Of a stretch of 64,000 nucleotides of DNA, positions 32,170 through 46,361 are shown piece by piece. A model generated the notes under the pieces. That model was given only the letters and a program-made list of their open reading frames with translations. It was not told where the DNA came from and did no database searches. A program made the translations under genes and the position numbers. Source of the stretch: Eledone cirrhosa. Its lineage: Eukaryota. Position 1 is the first letter of the stretch; every line of letters starts with the position of its first letter. The stretch lies in the NCBI GenBank assembly GCA_964016885.1, contig OZ024742.1, forward strand, positions 106,764,001 to 106,828,000, written 5' to 3'.

Positions 32170-32965
32170 ATGGTCATGTTGCTAATATTGCCAATAGAAA
32201 GACACACAAGCACCATATGATTTTCACTTTGTTCATTATTCATTCGTTTGTCAAAGTTCTTTTGTCACACCTTCTGTAACCTCTTCAATGACTAGCTGTT
32301 TTGTGCTTCCTCTTTTTTCTGGTCTTAAACTTCTACTCCATCTTGTCAATGTTTTAGGGGTGATTTTCATGGTTCATGTCTGAGCATGCGTTTCCATCTC
32401 TGTCTTCATCCGTTTGTGTGTATGTGTTTTTGTGTTTGTCATGTCTATGTGTGTTTTATGTATATGTGATTTTGTATTGTTTGTGTCTTTTTTTTTTTCT
32501 ATTCTGCCTTCAGTCATTAAGTTGTGGGCTGTTATTATTCCACTCGTGCTTTTTGTTCAGGTTAGGTCTATCTTCTATTATATGTGTGGCCTCCATAATT
32601 TGTCTGAGTGTTGCATCAGTTCTGTGTGGACTGAATCTTTATTTCTATGTCATCTATTGAGCTCTTATGTTCTAGTTTGGCATGTTGATATAATACTGAT
32701 CAGCTTTTCTCCTGGTTAAGTTCTAGCCAGCGTTCCTTTAATCTCTCTCCTATACTACTCCTTTATGTATGTTGCTGTCTTGTTTCTACATCGTCCCTCT
32801 CTACATCTTATCCTATAGACTATATTTCTAGTTGTGCAGTTTATCTGTGGCGTATCTTACGGGCTATACAGTTTCTATCAGTACAGGGAGTTTTCCTAAA
32901 GAGGTATGTCCTACTGATCTGGGATTTTATGGTAGCTCCTGGAGTTTCTACTACTTTAATCTTAA
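32170..32965 (-). mobile_element. Penelope-like element fragment (decayed GIY-YIG plus pLTR with mutated hammerhead)
   Basis: Reverse complement of the 3660-4460 family; reads KIKVVETPGATIKSQISRTYLFRKTPCTDRNCIA. Confidence 0.8.
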
Positions 32966-34032
32966 AGTTCATATACATATTTATAAATGTGAATAAATAA
33001 TAATCGTTTGGTAACACGCGATGATCCGACGGATGTGGCGGCTTTCCCGACTGCACGCCAGGCGCTCGGATAGATCAACCTTCCTTGAGTGCATGGAAAA
33101 ATATATTTCGCCTTCTTTCGGTAAACGAAATTACTCGGAACGGCAGCTTCGCCCGGGGCCCTGTCGGGCTTGGAACCCGCCGCGAGGCCGGCTTTGACCG
33201 CCAAATAGTACCTTTAAATTCTAACCTTAATCATAACTATTAGCTGTATCATGCCTCCCTCTACTAGCACGTAACTAAATCCCCCTCCTGTGTGAATTAC
33301 TAGTATTCTTTGGTATATACGATGGCCAGCCGACTGTGGCGGACTTCCCGCTAACACACCCAACGCCTAAGACAATTACATTCCTGGTGTGCTCGGGAAA
33401 ACTAATTTCCATTTCTTTCGCTGGAGGATATTACTCGGAACGGCTGGCACGTGGTTAGGGAGGTCTGGCGGAGGGTCTGCAGTCGTCGCTGGTTATTGAC
33501 CGCTAAGCAAGGGCTTAATCTTTACTCTACATCCTACCCTGAAAATTTATCGTGACTATCTATAATACATTTAAACTTTTTCATAAAAGCCCCCTTCTTT
33601 AACTAAATCTCACAACCCAAACCTTATTTTTCTATTTTTTTCTAATTCCATCCTATAACTCTAAACATAAGTTTAACGTTTCTAATTGTTAACCGAAATT
33701 TCTGTCCACACATTATACCATACAGACGCCCACTATATATGTCTTTGTTGAACATATATGTTCTTTGGAAAAAACATTTTTCACGGCAATTTCTAGCACG
33801 CACGATCAGCCTGATTGTGGCATGACCTCAACGCTGACATTTCTCTTTGACGGAGGGGTAGTAGCACATTATAAGCTTGCGCCCCCTCACCAGATGGTCA
33901 TAAGTAGACTTAATAATCAAAACTTAAGGGCGGCCGACCAAGGGAGAAGCTCCTAAATAGTCGGTCGTCCTCTTGTCTCTGATTTTCAGCCCCATGGATT
34001 TTATCTGTTATATTCCTTTGTTATATTTTGAA

Positions 34033-34090
34033 ATACCTGATGATGTCACCGGATTCATACTGAACCCGGTCATTGAAATGATCATAGTAT
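34033..34090 (+). ncRNA. Type I hammerhead ribozyme, CpG-decayed
   Basis: ATAC-CTGATGA-...ACCGG(a)TTCA tac TGAA(c)CCGGT...-GAAA-TGATCA-TA-GTAT. Stem III is palindromic; the base of stem II is unpaired. Confidence 0.6.
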
Positions 34091-34360
34091 AATAAACCTT
34101 TCAAGAATTTACACCAGTCCAGCCTCCTGTTATTTTATAATAATTAACTCCGTACTCGCACCACCAACTACACTAACGAAGACGGGTGAGTTGCATTACG
34201 TTGGGTGCTCTCCATAATATTACATCGAGGTTGACCATACGGAATGACCAGTTCTATCCCCTGGTGAACCAACAATCCTAAATAAATAAATAAAAAATAA
34301 AAATATATATATATATATATTTTTTTTTTTTATTATATATATATTATATATATATATACA

Positions 34361-34692
34361 TGGAGGCACATGGCTTAGTGGTTAGAGCATTGGCCTTGCA
34401 ATCGAAAGGTTGTGAGTTCAATTCTCAGACCGGGTGATGTGTTGTTTCCTTGAGCAAGACACTTTATTTCACATTGCTCCAGTTTACTCAGCTGTAGAAG
34501 TGAGATGATAGGGGCTGGGGTCCCTATCATTCCACTGCAAAGTGGTCGTGGAGGTGCCATGGCAAAAAAGCTGTAAATGAGGTTGGTGTTAGGAAGAGCA
34601 TCCAGCTGTAGAAATCAAGCCAGAATCAGTTCCCGTCCCACCCTTGCAAGCAGGGAAAAAGCGGACATAAAATGAAATGATGATGATGATGA
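34361..34692 (+). mobile_element. tRNA-derived SINE (CORE/V-like body, RTE-derived 3' tail); near-identical copies at 35236-35548 (-), 44251-44635 (+), 47022-47367 (-)
   Basis: ggcttagtggttagagcattgg...tgagttcaattctc...ccttgagcaagacactttatttcacattgctccag...ggaag(a/g)gcatccagctgtagaaa...cccacccttgcaagcagggaaaa...(ATG)n. The tail matches the RTE 3' end at 31800-31840. Confidence 0.85.
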
Positions 34693-35961
34693 TATATGAA
34701 TATATATATATATATATAGTAAAATCGAAGTTTCAGCTGTAGCCAAGCTAACGAAATACAATCAGGAATTATGTAGCCAAGAACTCGATGAGCTGTGCTC
34801 AGTGTAATAACATATATGTATATATATACTGAGTGAAAGAAAGAGACAGAAGAAACAATGAGAAAGTCAGAGATAATGGAGTTAGATAGGTGGGGGCGGA
34901 GGTAAAATGGAGGAATGGAGATTTAAATAGAAAGAGGTGGAAGTCCCTCTGGTGACTTAGAAGAAGAAAAATATCACAATGTTGCTGCAATGTTAACAGC
35001 TGCAAGTTTAATTAAAACTATTCTGTGATATATAAAAATCTGACAATGAAAAAAAGCTTAAATCTGTGACAGGGGTACTGTAAAAAAAAAATGCACACAT
35101 ACACACAGGCACACAAACATACACACACACAAAAAGCTTTCATCACAAGTTGTTTTTGTTTATTTGCTAGTCATGTTATTCTTTATGTTTCAGTGTATTT
35201 ATATATGTGTATATAAACACACATACTATATATATTTCATTTCATTTTACGTCCACTTTTTCCCTGCTTGCAAGGGTGGGACGGGAACTGATTCTGGCTT
35301 GATTTCTACAGCTGGATGCCCTTCCTAACACCAACCTCATTTACAGTGAATGCTGGGTGCTTTTTTGCCGTGGCACCTACACGACCACTTTGCAGTGGAA
35401 TGATATGGACCCCAGTCCCTATCATCTCATTTCTACAGCTGAGTAAACTGGAGCAATGTGAAATAAAGTGTCTTGCTCAAGGAAACAACACATCACCCGG
35501 TCTGAGAATTGAACTCACAACCTCTCGATTGCAAGGCCAATGCTCTAATATATATATATACACACATATATATATATCCACATATATATATAAACATATA
35601 TATATATAAACATATATATATATCATCATCATCATCATCATCATTTTACATCCGCTTTTCTATATATATATAGTGAATATCATTTCACACCTTTTATTGT
35701 TAAGATTGTTGATGTTCTATTAAGAGAACCGATTTTACTGAAAAAATCGAATAATGTACACCATTTTACCAGGGGGGAAAAAAATACTGGTCCACCCACA
35801 CACGCACACACACACACACACACATATATACACAAACACATATACACGCGTACATCAACATACAAAGAGACTTATACACACACACACACACGCACTTCTC
35901 CGTATAAGACAAAAGCTGAAAAATATCTTTTGACCTTCGAATGACTCTGCTGTGTGTATGT

Positions 35962-36021
<60 letters not shown>

Positions 36022-36090
36022 ATCTTAATAGCCATTTGACACACATCGCTGGTGGCTATTGTCGCAGCATCGAACACCTTACTACTACTA

Positions 36091-36156
<66 letters not shown>

Positions 36157-36171
36157 TTGTTGTGAAAGAGT

Positions 36172-36416
36172 CATTTCTCAATCTTGGCGCAAAACCAATT
36201 TTTTATCCACATGACCTCTACCGACCAATCAAAATTGTTTTGACCAATAATTTTTGCTGGAGCCACTTTTCTAACATTTTAACATAAAAACAGTCTTGGT
36301 GCAAAATCAACTTTTTACATTCACATGACCTCTACCGACCAATCAAAATTGTTTTGACCACAAGCATTTTTGCAACACAAAAATAACGCTGGAGCCATTT
36401 TTTTAACATAAAAACA
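36172..36416. repeat. Imperfect local tandem duplication (about 115-130 bp)
   Basis: cacatgacctctaccgaccaatcaaaattgttttgacca and gctggagcca...aacataaaaacag each occur twice. Confidence 0.75.
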
Positions 36417-36659
36417 GGTAGAATTCCCAAAACTAATCAGATCAGAGCAAACAGCACGGACACTCTATCTCAAAATTATTTTTGAAAAGCATTTAGAAAT
36501 GCGCAACCGGTAAAAACTTAAAAACTTAAAACCACAACTGAATACTAGCCCAGACAATCACTAATACTCTTTTATTCCTAATTAAACCATTTTTCAACTG
36601 TGAACAATTTGTCAGCATTTTCTATTCCGTTTACCAATATATATATATATATATATATA

Positions 36660-36754
<95 letters not shown>

Positions 36755-37217
36755 TATATATATATATATTAACATATATATATATATTTATACATATATA
36801 CATATATATGTATATATATGTATATATGTATAAATATATATATATATATGTTAATATATATATGTGTGTGTATATATATATGTATAAATATATATATATA
36901 TGTTAATATATATGAACCTTTTCCTATTACCCACTCTACTACCCTAAGTATCGAGTACTCTGGTGCGTTATGGTCCACCTGGTTCCTTACCACACTTCCT
37001 TCATTATATATATATATATATATATATATATAGATATATAGATATATATATATATAGACATAGATATATGTGTGTGTGTGTGTGTATATAATTACCTCAA
37101 TGCAAATAACTTTAATAATAGCTGATAACTATAAATAATGAATCAAGTAAAGTAACCAGTGCAGAAGGAAACAAGTGGACAGAGGTACTTATGGGGAATC
37201 AAACCATGCATCTCTCA

Positions 37218-37274
<57 letters not shown>

Positions 37275-37542
37275 GTATATATATATATATGTATATGTAG
37301 GTGTCACGACAAAAAAACACACAGTCCACGCTGTAATGTGGCCGTGTAGGCAACACAGTAAAAACCTCCCAGACCCACACTGTAAATGTGGTTGGTGTTA
37401 GGAAGGGCATCCAACTGTAGAAAACCTGCCAGACAGTCCTATGCGAGCAAGACAATCACTCTTGCCTCAAGTGGGAATACCCCCGTCCAAACCCATGCAA
37501 GCGTGGAACACGGACATTAAACGTTGATGATGATGATGATGA

Positions 37543-37588
<46 letters not shown>

Positions 37589-37589
37589 G

Positions 37590-37645
<56 letters not shown>

Positions 37646-37660
37646 TATACATACATATAT

Positions 37661-38000
37661 ATGGCTCTGAACATTAATCAGTATACACTGAGGATGAAAA
37701 ACTCAGAGCTGTATGGGAGCATCCCAAAAGTCAGCTCAAAAGTGACACAGAGGAGACTGAGGTTGGCTGGACATGCTCACCGACATCCAGAGTTGACATT
37801 GCACTCAGTGCTCCTTTGGGAGCCCCTACATGGACACACTAGAAGAGGAAGACCAAGGTTAACATATGTTGATGCCCTAAGGACAGACACTGGTCTGTTG
37901 GAGATGCAGGATATGGCAGCGATAATGAGGGACAGAGACCGCTGGAGAGAACTCGTCCATGGATCTGGGGAATTTTACCCGCCTTAGATAGATAGATACA
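37661..38000 (+). mobile_element. RTE-clade LINE 3' end (second family) with (TAGA)n tail
   Basis: ORF 37661..37987 reads NSELYG...[13 protein letters not shown]...[23 protein letters not shown]...RDRDRWR. Confidence 0.88.
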
Positions 38001-38537
38001 TATATATATATATATATATGTCTGTTTAATAACGTCTGGTCAAGATCTTTATTCGGTTTGTGGAAAGGAATTTATTCCTTTGTTCAAAATTTGAATTTTG
38101 ACCGCCGGGAACCGGGGATTGCCTCCCTTTGGGAAAACCATGTGGTCGCCAACAGTGTTTACTGCTGGGCTTCACTACCAGCGCGGCTGACAATGGATAC
38201 CTGTTGAGAAAGTGAATCCTCTGTTCGATCTTCCAAAACCAATAACTTGCATGCCCTGCAAGTGGGTTTTGTTGATTTCAGATTCACAGAAACCTAGCGG
38301 AGATATTGCCTAATATCGACGCCATGGTCCAGGTTTGTCAAATTATCCTGAGTCAGTTTTCTCGTTGCTTTGGTCCCTGCGGCTGGCTTACTGGTCGCAA
38401 TCTTCAATTTGCAAAGCTGTCTAAACATAATGTTATTACTGTAAGGTAAAATACCTTATTGAGTGCTTAGCTGCACATTCCGATTGCATTCGTTAGCTTA
38501 GCTGCAGCCAGAGCTTCGATTATGCTGTACTTCCATT

Positions 38538-38618
<81 letters not shown>

Positions 38619-39090
38619 AATAGAAAAAATGAGGAAGTTTTGTTTACATATGAGAAATATTTATTTTGTATTGACCTGTTATGCAGAGTGCTTCATTTGG
38701 TACCAACACCAGTATTTCACCATACTACCTACACTATATATATATATATATATATGTAATGTTTGAATAAACACACATCTATATACATAGATATGTGTAT
38801 ACATGTGTGTATAGATATGTCTATGTATGAAAAAGTTTACTCTAAGACAAATGTTTTATATGGTTGGTGCTAGGAGGGGCAACTAGCCATAGAAGGCTTG
38901 TGAGGGAGGACCTTTCAGTTCTATCAAAGACATGACAACCTCTCCTGTGCACTCAGTAGAATGTCTGGAAGGTCAGAAGCTCCCCATTTCAGTACAGACT
39001 TGGTCCATGTAGAAACGTCCAACTGTTGCTATCAGGGAAAGTAGATGTTAAAACAATGATGATGGTGATGATGATGATGATGATGATGAT

Positions 39091-39127
<37 letters not shown>

Positions 39128-39697
39128 GTAGATAAATCTACCAAAATAAATGGTAGTGTCCAATCCGAATGAAGAACTCAATGTAATCCAAATATAGAAG
39201 ATATCATGAAAAGAGAAAATGCATTCAAAATTTAACGATAAAAATCATAGGAAAATATTACTTCATTTTAATATATTGCTCTTAACAACGGTTTTCTCTC
39301 TCTCTTTTGTCAAACACCTTAATTGAGTGGTTTTAGGCTGCCATTTCTAGTGGCTCATCCCATTCAAACCACTAGTCTACTGTCTCATACATGCATTTCC
39401 TTCTTCCACGAGTTGCAAGTCAGTTACTTTAAGTTCTCTTAGAGATGTCTGGAATATGTTCACCTAACACGCGCTAATGAACCTGGGTGAATACGATTCC
39501 AACACTAATTTTCTGGCAAAACAATCTCTCCGAGTTTGTACGTGTGTGATATATAATTATAAAGGTGGGTTGTTTCATTTTAATTTATCTTTTTAATTAT
39601 AATGTATCTACCTCACCTTTCTTAGTTTATAAGTTCTATACACAGGTGGTATGCCCTGTAACCTGATGGAACACACTCTCTCTCTTGTGTGTTTTCT

Positions 39698-39729
<32 letters not shown>

Positions 39730-40809
39730 GCGTGTGTGTGTGTGTGGTTGGTTGTTAGGAAGGGCATCCAGCCGTAGAAGACCTGCCAGAGACAGTTCTG
39801 TACGAGTGAGACATGGTCTCCCGACCAATCTCGCCTCTAGTGAGACAAAACGGTCCAACCCATGCTAGCATGGAAGATGGACATTAAACGATGATGATGA
39901 TGATGTAGTATGTATATATCTAAATATATATGTATACATACACACATATATATATATATATATTACAGCATGTACCGGGTGCGTTTATCATGTAGGTCAC
40001 CAACACTAGGGAGGCTGTCATATCCTTGACACATCTGAAAGATCCTCCCAACACTTTGTTTGGCAAACTTTCTACAGCTGGATGCTCTTCCTATCACCAA
40101 CTACTTTACAGTGTGGCCACTCCAACAACCAAATGCTTACTTTCCCTCTCCACCTCCCATTGTGGGATGACTCTTGGCAATCTATTTAACCGGTCAATGA
40201 TACTAACCACATAGTGGACAAGTCTTTCTATGTGCTGGCAAGCAAGCCAATGACTTGGCTGGGTAAATGTTTACTATCACTGGTTCATTTTACTTTAGAA
40301 TTGTGCCAACCACAACAAATGCTATGGTGTTCTACATCAACATGTTGTTCTTGATGCTGTTATTGTTGTTGCTGTTGTTGTTCTATTCTCAAAGAAGCAA
40401 TAACCAAAACATACACTGCTGCAGATAATCTGTGCAACAACCTACGCGCCCTCACTAAATAGAGAGGGAAAGACTGGAGGAAATAAAGGTATGGGGTTAT
40501 ATAAGAAAAAAGAAGAGAGAAACAATTCCAGTCCTGTGGAAGTCATTTCTAAATATAATGAAGATGCCTATAATCTACCAGTATATTGAGTACACTTTTA
40601 AAATGTGGTTAGCCCCTTAAGCTGCAGTTGAAGTAGACCAAGAAAGACCTGGGCAGAGGTTGTGAAAACTGACCTCAAATTGCCGAGAATCACAGAGGAG
40701 ATGGCGAAGAAACGGGGGTGAATGGAGAGATATTGTGCTGAGAAGGACCTGCCCAACCCTCGCAAGCATGGAAAAGCACGTAAAAACGATGATGATGATG
40801 ATGATGATG

Positions 40810-40845
<36 letters not shown>

Positions 40846-40887
40846 TGATGATATATATAAATACATACATAAATGTATATACATACG

Positions 40888-40964
<77 letters not shown>

Positions 40965-41031
40965 GTATGTATATATATATATATATGTATGTATATATAT
41001 ACATACATAAATATATATACATACATTAATA

Positions 41032-41081
<50 letters not shown>

Positions 41082-41504
41082 ACATATATATATATATGTA
41101 TATATACATACATAAATACATATACATACTTTAATATATATATATATACACTCATGTACATGTATATACATACATATATATATAACATATGCACACACAC
41201 AGGCACGCGCGTGCGCACACGCACACACACGCACACACACACACACACACACCTACATACATACACATAACTATCGGCAAGAATTCAACACAGTGTTGAC
41301 AGCTATAAATCTGACAAAGTATAGCCATTGTGGCAATCTTTGTATTAAACTAGAGAAATAATTTATAGTTCTAAGGGCAATGGACAGTTTTTATGACCAA
41401 CAATATATTTAGAAGTGTGTATGTGTATATGCATGCACTTGTGTGTGAGCATGTTTGTCTGTATATATATATATATACATATATATACATATATATATAA
41501 TAGG

Positions 41505-41656
41505 ATTAGAATTTAGCTTTGAGCATAGCTGTATACAGTGGACACTGCCAGGCGGCAATAGCTGCAGGTGTTGTTGCATAGCTATGGCTTTCTGAATATT
41601 TATTTATAAACATACCGTATTTTTTTAGAAATACGAAATTTCAATACATATCTATA
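41505..41656. repeat. About 150-bp interspersed repeat; direct copy at 44646-44796
   Basis: attagaatttagctttgagcatagctgtatacagtggacac...gaaatacgaaatt(t/c)caatacatatctata is present at both sites. Confidence 0.85.
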
Positions 41657-42057
41657 CACGACCGTGACTTCTGGCGTCACGCAGTAATACAGGGTACCCG
41701 ACCTCCCATGGGTACATGCTGAAGCATATAAACAATATGCCCCCCCCCCCCCCCACCGCAAGGTGGTCGTGGAGGTGCCACGGCAAAAAAGCACCCAGCC
41801 CACACTGTAAAGTGGACGTGTAGGCGCCACGAAAAAGCACCCAGCACTCACTGTAAATGAGGTTGGTGTTAGGAAGGGCATCCAGCTGTAGAAATCAAGC
41901 CAGATCAGTTCCTGTATGAGCAAGGCATGGTCAGCCGACCAGACACTGCCCACAACAGGACAACCCGTCTAACCCATGCTAGCGTGGAAGAACGGACGTA
42001 AAACGGTGATGATGATGATGATGATGATGATGAGATATGTATTGGAATTTCTCCCTG

Positions 42058-42096
<39 letters not shown>

Positions 42097-42098
42097 TA

Positions 42099-44230
42099 TT
42101 GTTAGGGAGAAGTGTGTCCGTAATGATGATGGTGTACTTGCCATCACTGATGCGGATAAGAAGGTAGCTTGGAAGTGTCACTACGAGAGGCTACTAAATG
42201 AGCAGAATAAATGGGACAAAGATAATCTGCCCCACATCGATCCAATAGAGGGACCAGCAGTGCAAGTTGAAGGTAGTATAATAAGTAAGGCAATCAAAGA
42301 TATGAAGACAGGCAAGGCAGCTGGGCCTTCGGAGATAGTTGCTGAAATGCTGAAAGCATCTGGAATGGTGGGACACACTATGGTCACCCAGATAGTAAAT
42401 CAAGTCATACGGAACGGGTCATACCAAATGACTGGCGTAGCAACATCATCATTAACTGCTACAAGGGTAAAGGAGATGCACTAGATAGAGGAAACAGATC
42501 ACAGAAAAAGTTATAGCGCAACTAATCAGAAAGCAAATTGATCTAGATGAAATGCAGTTTGGGTTTGTGTCAGGTAAAAGTACCACAGACACCCCTTTCC
42601 TTGGACGACAACTACAGGAGAAGTACCTAGCTAAAAGTAAACCCCTATACTTAGCTTTTGTTGAGTTGAAGAAAGCATTTAAGAGAGATCCCGCACCATT
42701 ATCTGGTGGGCCCTTAGAAAGCCAGGGGTTGATGAATGGCTTGTGAGAGCTATACAAGCCATGTATAAAGAAACAATCAGCAAGGTTAGAATTAACAACG
42801 AATATAGTGAAGAATTTAGCATAAAAGTTGGTGTTCATCAAGGCTCTGTCCTTAGCCCCCTCCTATATATTATTGCCCTTCAGGCTATAACAGAGGAGTT
42901 CAAGACCGGCTGCCCATGGGAACTTATCTATGCAGATGATCTAACGCTCATAGCTGAATCGATGGCTGAACTAGAGAAGAAATTCCAAACATGGAAGCAT
43001 CGCCTAGAATCAAAAGGCCTTAAAGTTAACTTGTCTAAGACTAAAGTTCTAGTATGTAGGAAGGAAAATAGGGCACAGGTCCCCTCTGGGAAATGGCCAT
43101 GCTCAGTGTATAGGAAAGAAGTAGGCAGAAATTCCATTTTATGTCCCAAATGCAAAGTATGGGTGCATAAAAGATGTAGTGGGATCACAGGTAAGCTATC
43201 TAAGAACGTAGATTTTATATGTGGCTGGTGCTCAGGTGCAATAAGTAACAAGCGCCCACAGGATACTAGCTTCTTCTATTGCCCAGATGGTTCTATAGAA
43301 ATAATGGACACCTTACGTTACCTGGGTGACAAAATCAGCACTGGTGGAGGGTGCTCAGAAAGTACAGTAGCCAGAGTCAGAACGGGATGGAAAAAGTTCA
43401 GAGAGCTTATACCACTATTGGCCGCTAAAGGTTTCTCTCTAAAAATGAAAGGCAGACTGTATGATGCCTACATACGAACAGCAATGTTACATGGCAGTGA
43501 GACATGGGCATTGTCTGCAGAGGATCTGCGCAGACTGGAGAGGAACGAAGCATGCATGTTCTGCTGGATGTGTAATAGTAATATACATGAACAGCAAAGC
43601 ATAAATGAACTAAGTGAGAAATTATATATAAGAGGGATCAGATGCTGTTTACTCGAGAGAAGACTACAATGGTATGGTCACACGATGCGCAAAATTGACG
43701 AAAGTTACGGAGTAGGCAGACCCAGAAAAACCTGGGACGATTTGATAAATTCCAACCTTACACACTTACACCTCTCTAAGACAATGTCACTGGACCGAGA
43801 TCTTTGGTGCTACGCAGTAATACAGAAAACCCACCTTGCCTAAGTACAAAGCGAAACCTACAGTCAGTAGGCACCTCTTAGTCAAATAAACACCCTCCTC
43901 CTACTAGCCCAACTATCCCATCCCCACCACCCCTTTCTCTGTAAAGTTATGTTGGTACCACAACATCAGTCCTAAATAAATGAGGTCGTATAGGTGTCAC
44001 AACAAAAAAACACACAGTCCACGCTGTAATGTGGCCATGTAAGTAACATGAAAAAAAACCTCCCAGTCCACATTGTACACATGGTTGGTGTTAGGAAGGG
44101 CATCCAGCCATAGAAAACCTGCCAGACAGTCCTATATGAGCAAGACGACCAATCTTGCCTCAAGTGGGACAATTCCCGTCTAAACCCATGCTAGCGTGGA
44201 AGATAGACGTTAAACGATAATGATGATGAT
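42099..44230 (+). mobile_element. RTE LINE, 5'-truncated, about 2.1 kb (RT, PHD-like Cys/His insert, 3' UTR, (ATG)n tail)
   Basis: KDMKTGKAAGPSEIVAEML, QFGFVSGKSTTD, GVHQGSVLSP, LIYADDL, RYLG, GRPRKTW. The 5' part is frameshifted; ORF 42743..43843 is open. Confidence 0.95.
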
Positions 44231-45537
44231 ATATATATATAGAGATAGATGGATAGCATGGCTTAGTGGTTAGAGCATTGGGTTTGCAATAGAAAGGTTG
44301 TGAGTTCAATTCTCGGACTGGGTGGTGTGTTGTTTCCTTGAGCAAGACACTTTATTTCACATTGCTCCAGTTTACTCAGCTGTAGAAATGAGATGATAGG
44401 GACTGGGGTCCATATCATTCCACTGCAAAGTGGTCGTGGAGGTGCCACGGCAAAAAAGCACCCAGCACTCACTGTAAAGTGGATGTGTAGGCGCGACGGA
44501 AGAAAAAGCACCCAGTACTCACTGTAAATGAGGTTGGTGTTAGGAAGGGCATCCAGCTGTAGAAATCAAGCCAGAATCAGTTGCCGTCCCACCCTTGCAA
44601 GCAGGGAAAAGCGAATGTAAAATGATGATGATGATTATGAATAGAATTAGAATTTAGCTTTGAGCATAGCTGTATACAGTGGACACCGCCAGGTGGCGAT
44701 AGCTGCCGGTGTTATTGCATAGCTACGGCTTTCTGAATATTTATTTATAAACATACCGTATTTCTTTAGAAATACGAAATTCCAATACATATCTATATAT
44801 ATATATAGATAGATATAGATATAGCTGTATGTAGTTGACAACTGAGACAAAAGAGTACTCAATACCAAAGTTGAGTTTAAATATTAATTTTATTGAGACT
44901 AAATAGTGAGTTATGTTATTCTGAAGTTTTGCCTGCTACTCACAGTGAGAAGCAGGTGAAAGTCCAGAATAACAAGACTCACAATTTAGCTTCAATAAAA
45001 TGAATATATTATGTGTGTGTGGGGGGGGGGGGGCGTGCGTGTGTGTGTGTGCGTGCGTGTGTGTGTTTAACATCCATTTTTCCATGCTAGCATGAGTTAG
45101 ACGAGCTGTCCTACTGAGAGACATGCCAGGTCAGATGACCATGCCTTGCTCATACAGAACTGTTTCTGGATTGGTTTCTACAGCTGGATGCCCTCCCTAA
45201 CGCCAACCACAATTAATGTGGGACTGAATGTTTTATTGTCATGACACCAATACATCCACTTTACTGTGTGGACTGGGCGCTTTCTGTTGTGTCACCAACA
45301 CAACTACTTTTGAGTGTAGATCTAGGGTGGGGCGCTTAGCTGGTAAAGGGTGTGGTGTTAGGACGTGGGTGAAGGGTGGAGTGGTATAACATGGGTGAAA
45401 AATGGAGTATTAAGACTTCTGAGGTGTATGGATTGGGAGAGGAGGGAGTGGTGCATACTACAGACTACTAGAAGGGAAAGTGGATGTTAAATGATGATAT
45501 ATATATATATTATATATATATTATATATATATATATA

Positions 45538-45896
45538 CAGTTCTCCCCCAGTATTCACGGGGGTTATGTTCCTAGAGCACCCGTGAAGAGTGAAAAGCTG
45601 CAAATATTGGACATGGTCCATAAGAATGCCTATAAACGTCAAAATATAATGTAAAATATAATAAAAAAAGAGGGAGAGTCTTATGCGAAGGGGTGTCCAA
45701 TAGGCTGGCAAATACAGTATATTGTTATTAATACATTAGCATTTAAAAAAACATATATTGCCACGAAAAAGCCATTAAAAATTGTGGAAGATATTTACAA
45801 TTCCACGAATATGCAGTGGTTACCACAAACAAACATTAGTTAGGTTCTAAGGAAAATGCCACGAATGTCGGACCCATGAATGCCGGGAGTATACTG
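45538..45896. mobile_element. Tc1/mariner (pogo/Tigger-like) MITE
   Basis: TA|CAGTtctcccccagtattcacggg ... cccatgaatgccgggagtatACTG|TA: imperfect TIRs of about 24 bp and a TA target duplication. Confidence 0.7.
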
Positions 45897-46361
45897 TATA
45901 TATATATATATATGTGTGTTCATATATAATATGCAAAACACAGTCAAGTGATCTAGCTTGTCTCATAATGAGACAACTTGTCTAACCCATGCTAGCATGG
46001 AAAAATGGACGTTAAACAGTGATGATGATGATGATAACATGTCTGGCATCAAATTGATCAAATTTTGCCACTATATATGTATATAATTTGCTGAAAATGT
46101 TCTCAAGGCAATACATAAATAAAACTCATGATGATATAGTAATTGTAGAAAACAGTGTTTCATTGTGAAATAATCACTTCAGATATTTTAGGAAAAAGAG
46201 ATATAAAGAAACAATTGACCCTACTTCTGAACTGTACCGGTACATTTTTTTATCAACTTTGAATGGATGAAAGGCAAAGCTGATTGTGCTGGAATTGGAA
46301 CTCAGAAAACACAGAGAGCCGGAACAAATACTGCAAGACATTCCGGCATGATGAAAAGTGC

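Noticed and set aside
34361-34435. tRNA gene
   Set aside because: A and B boxes are present but continue into a multi-copy SINE body and tail; no proper acceptor stem.
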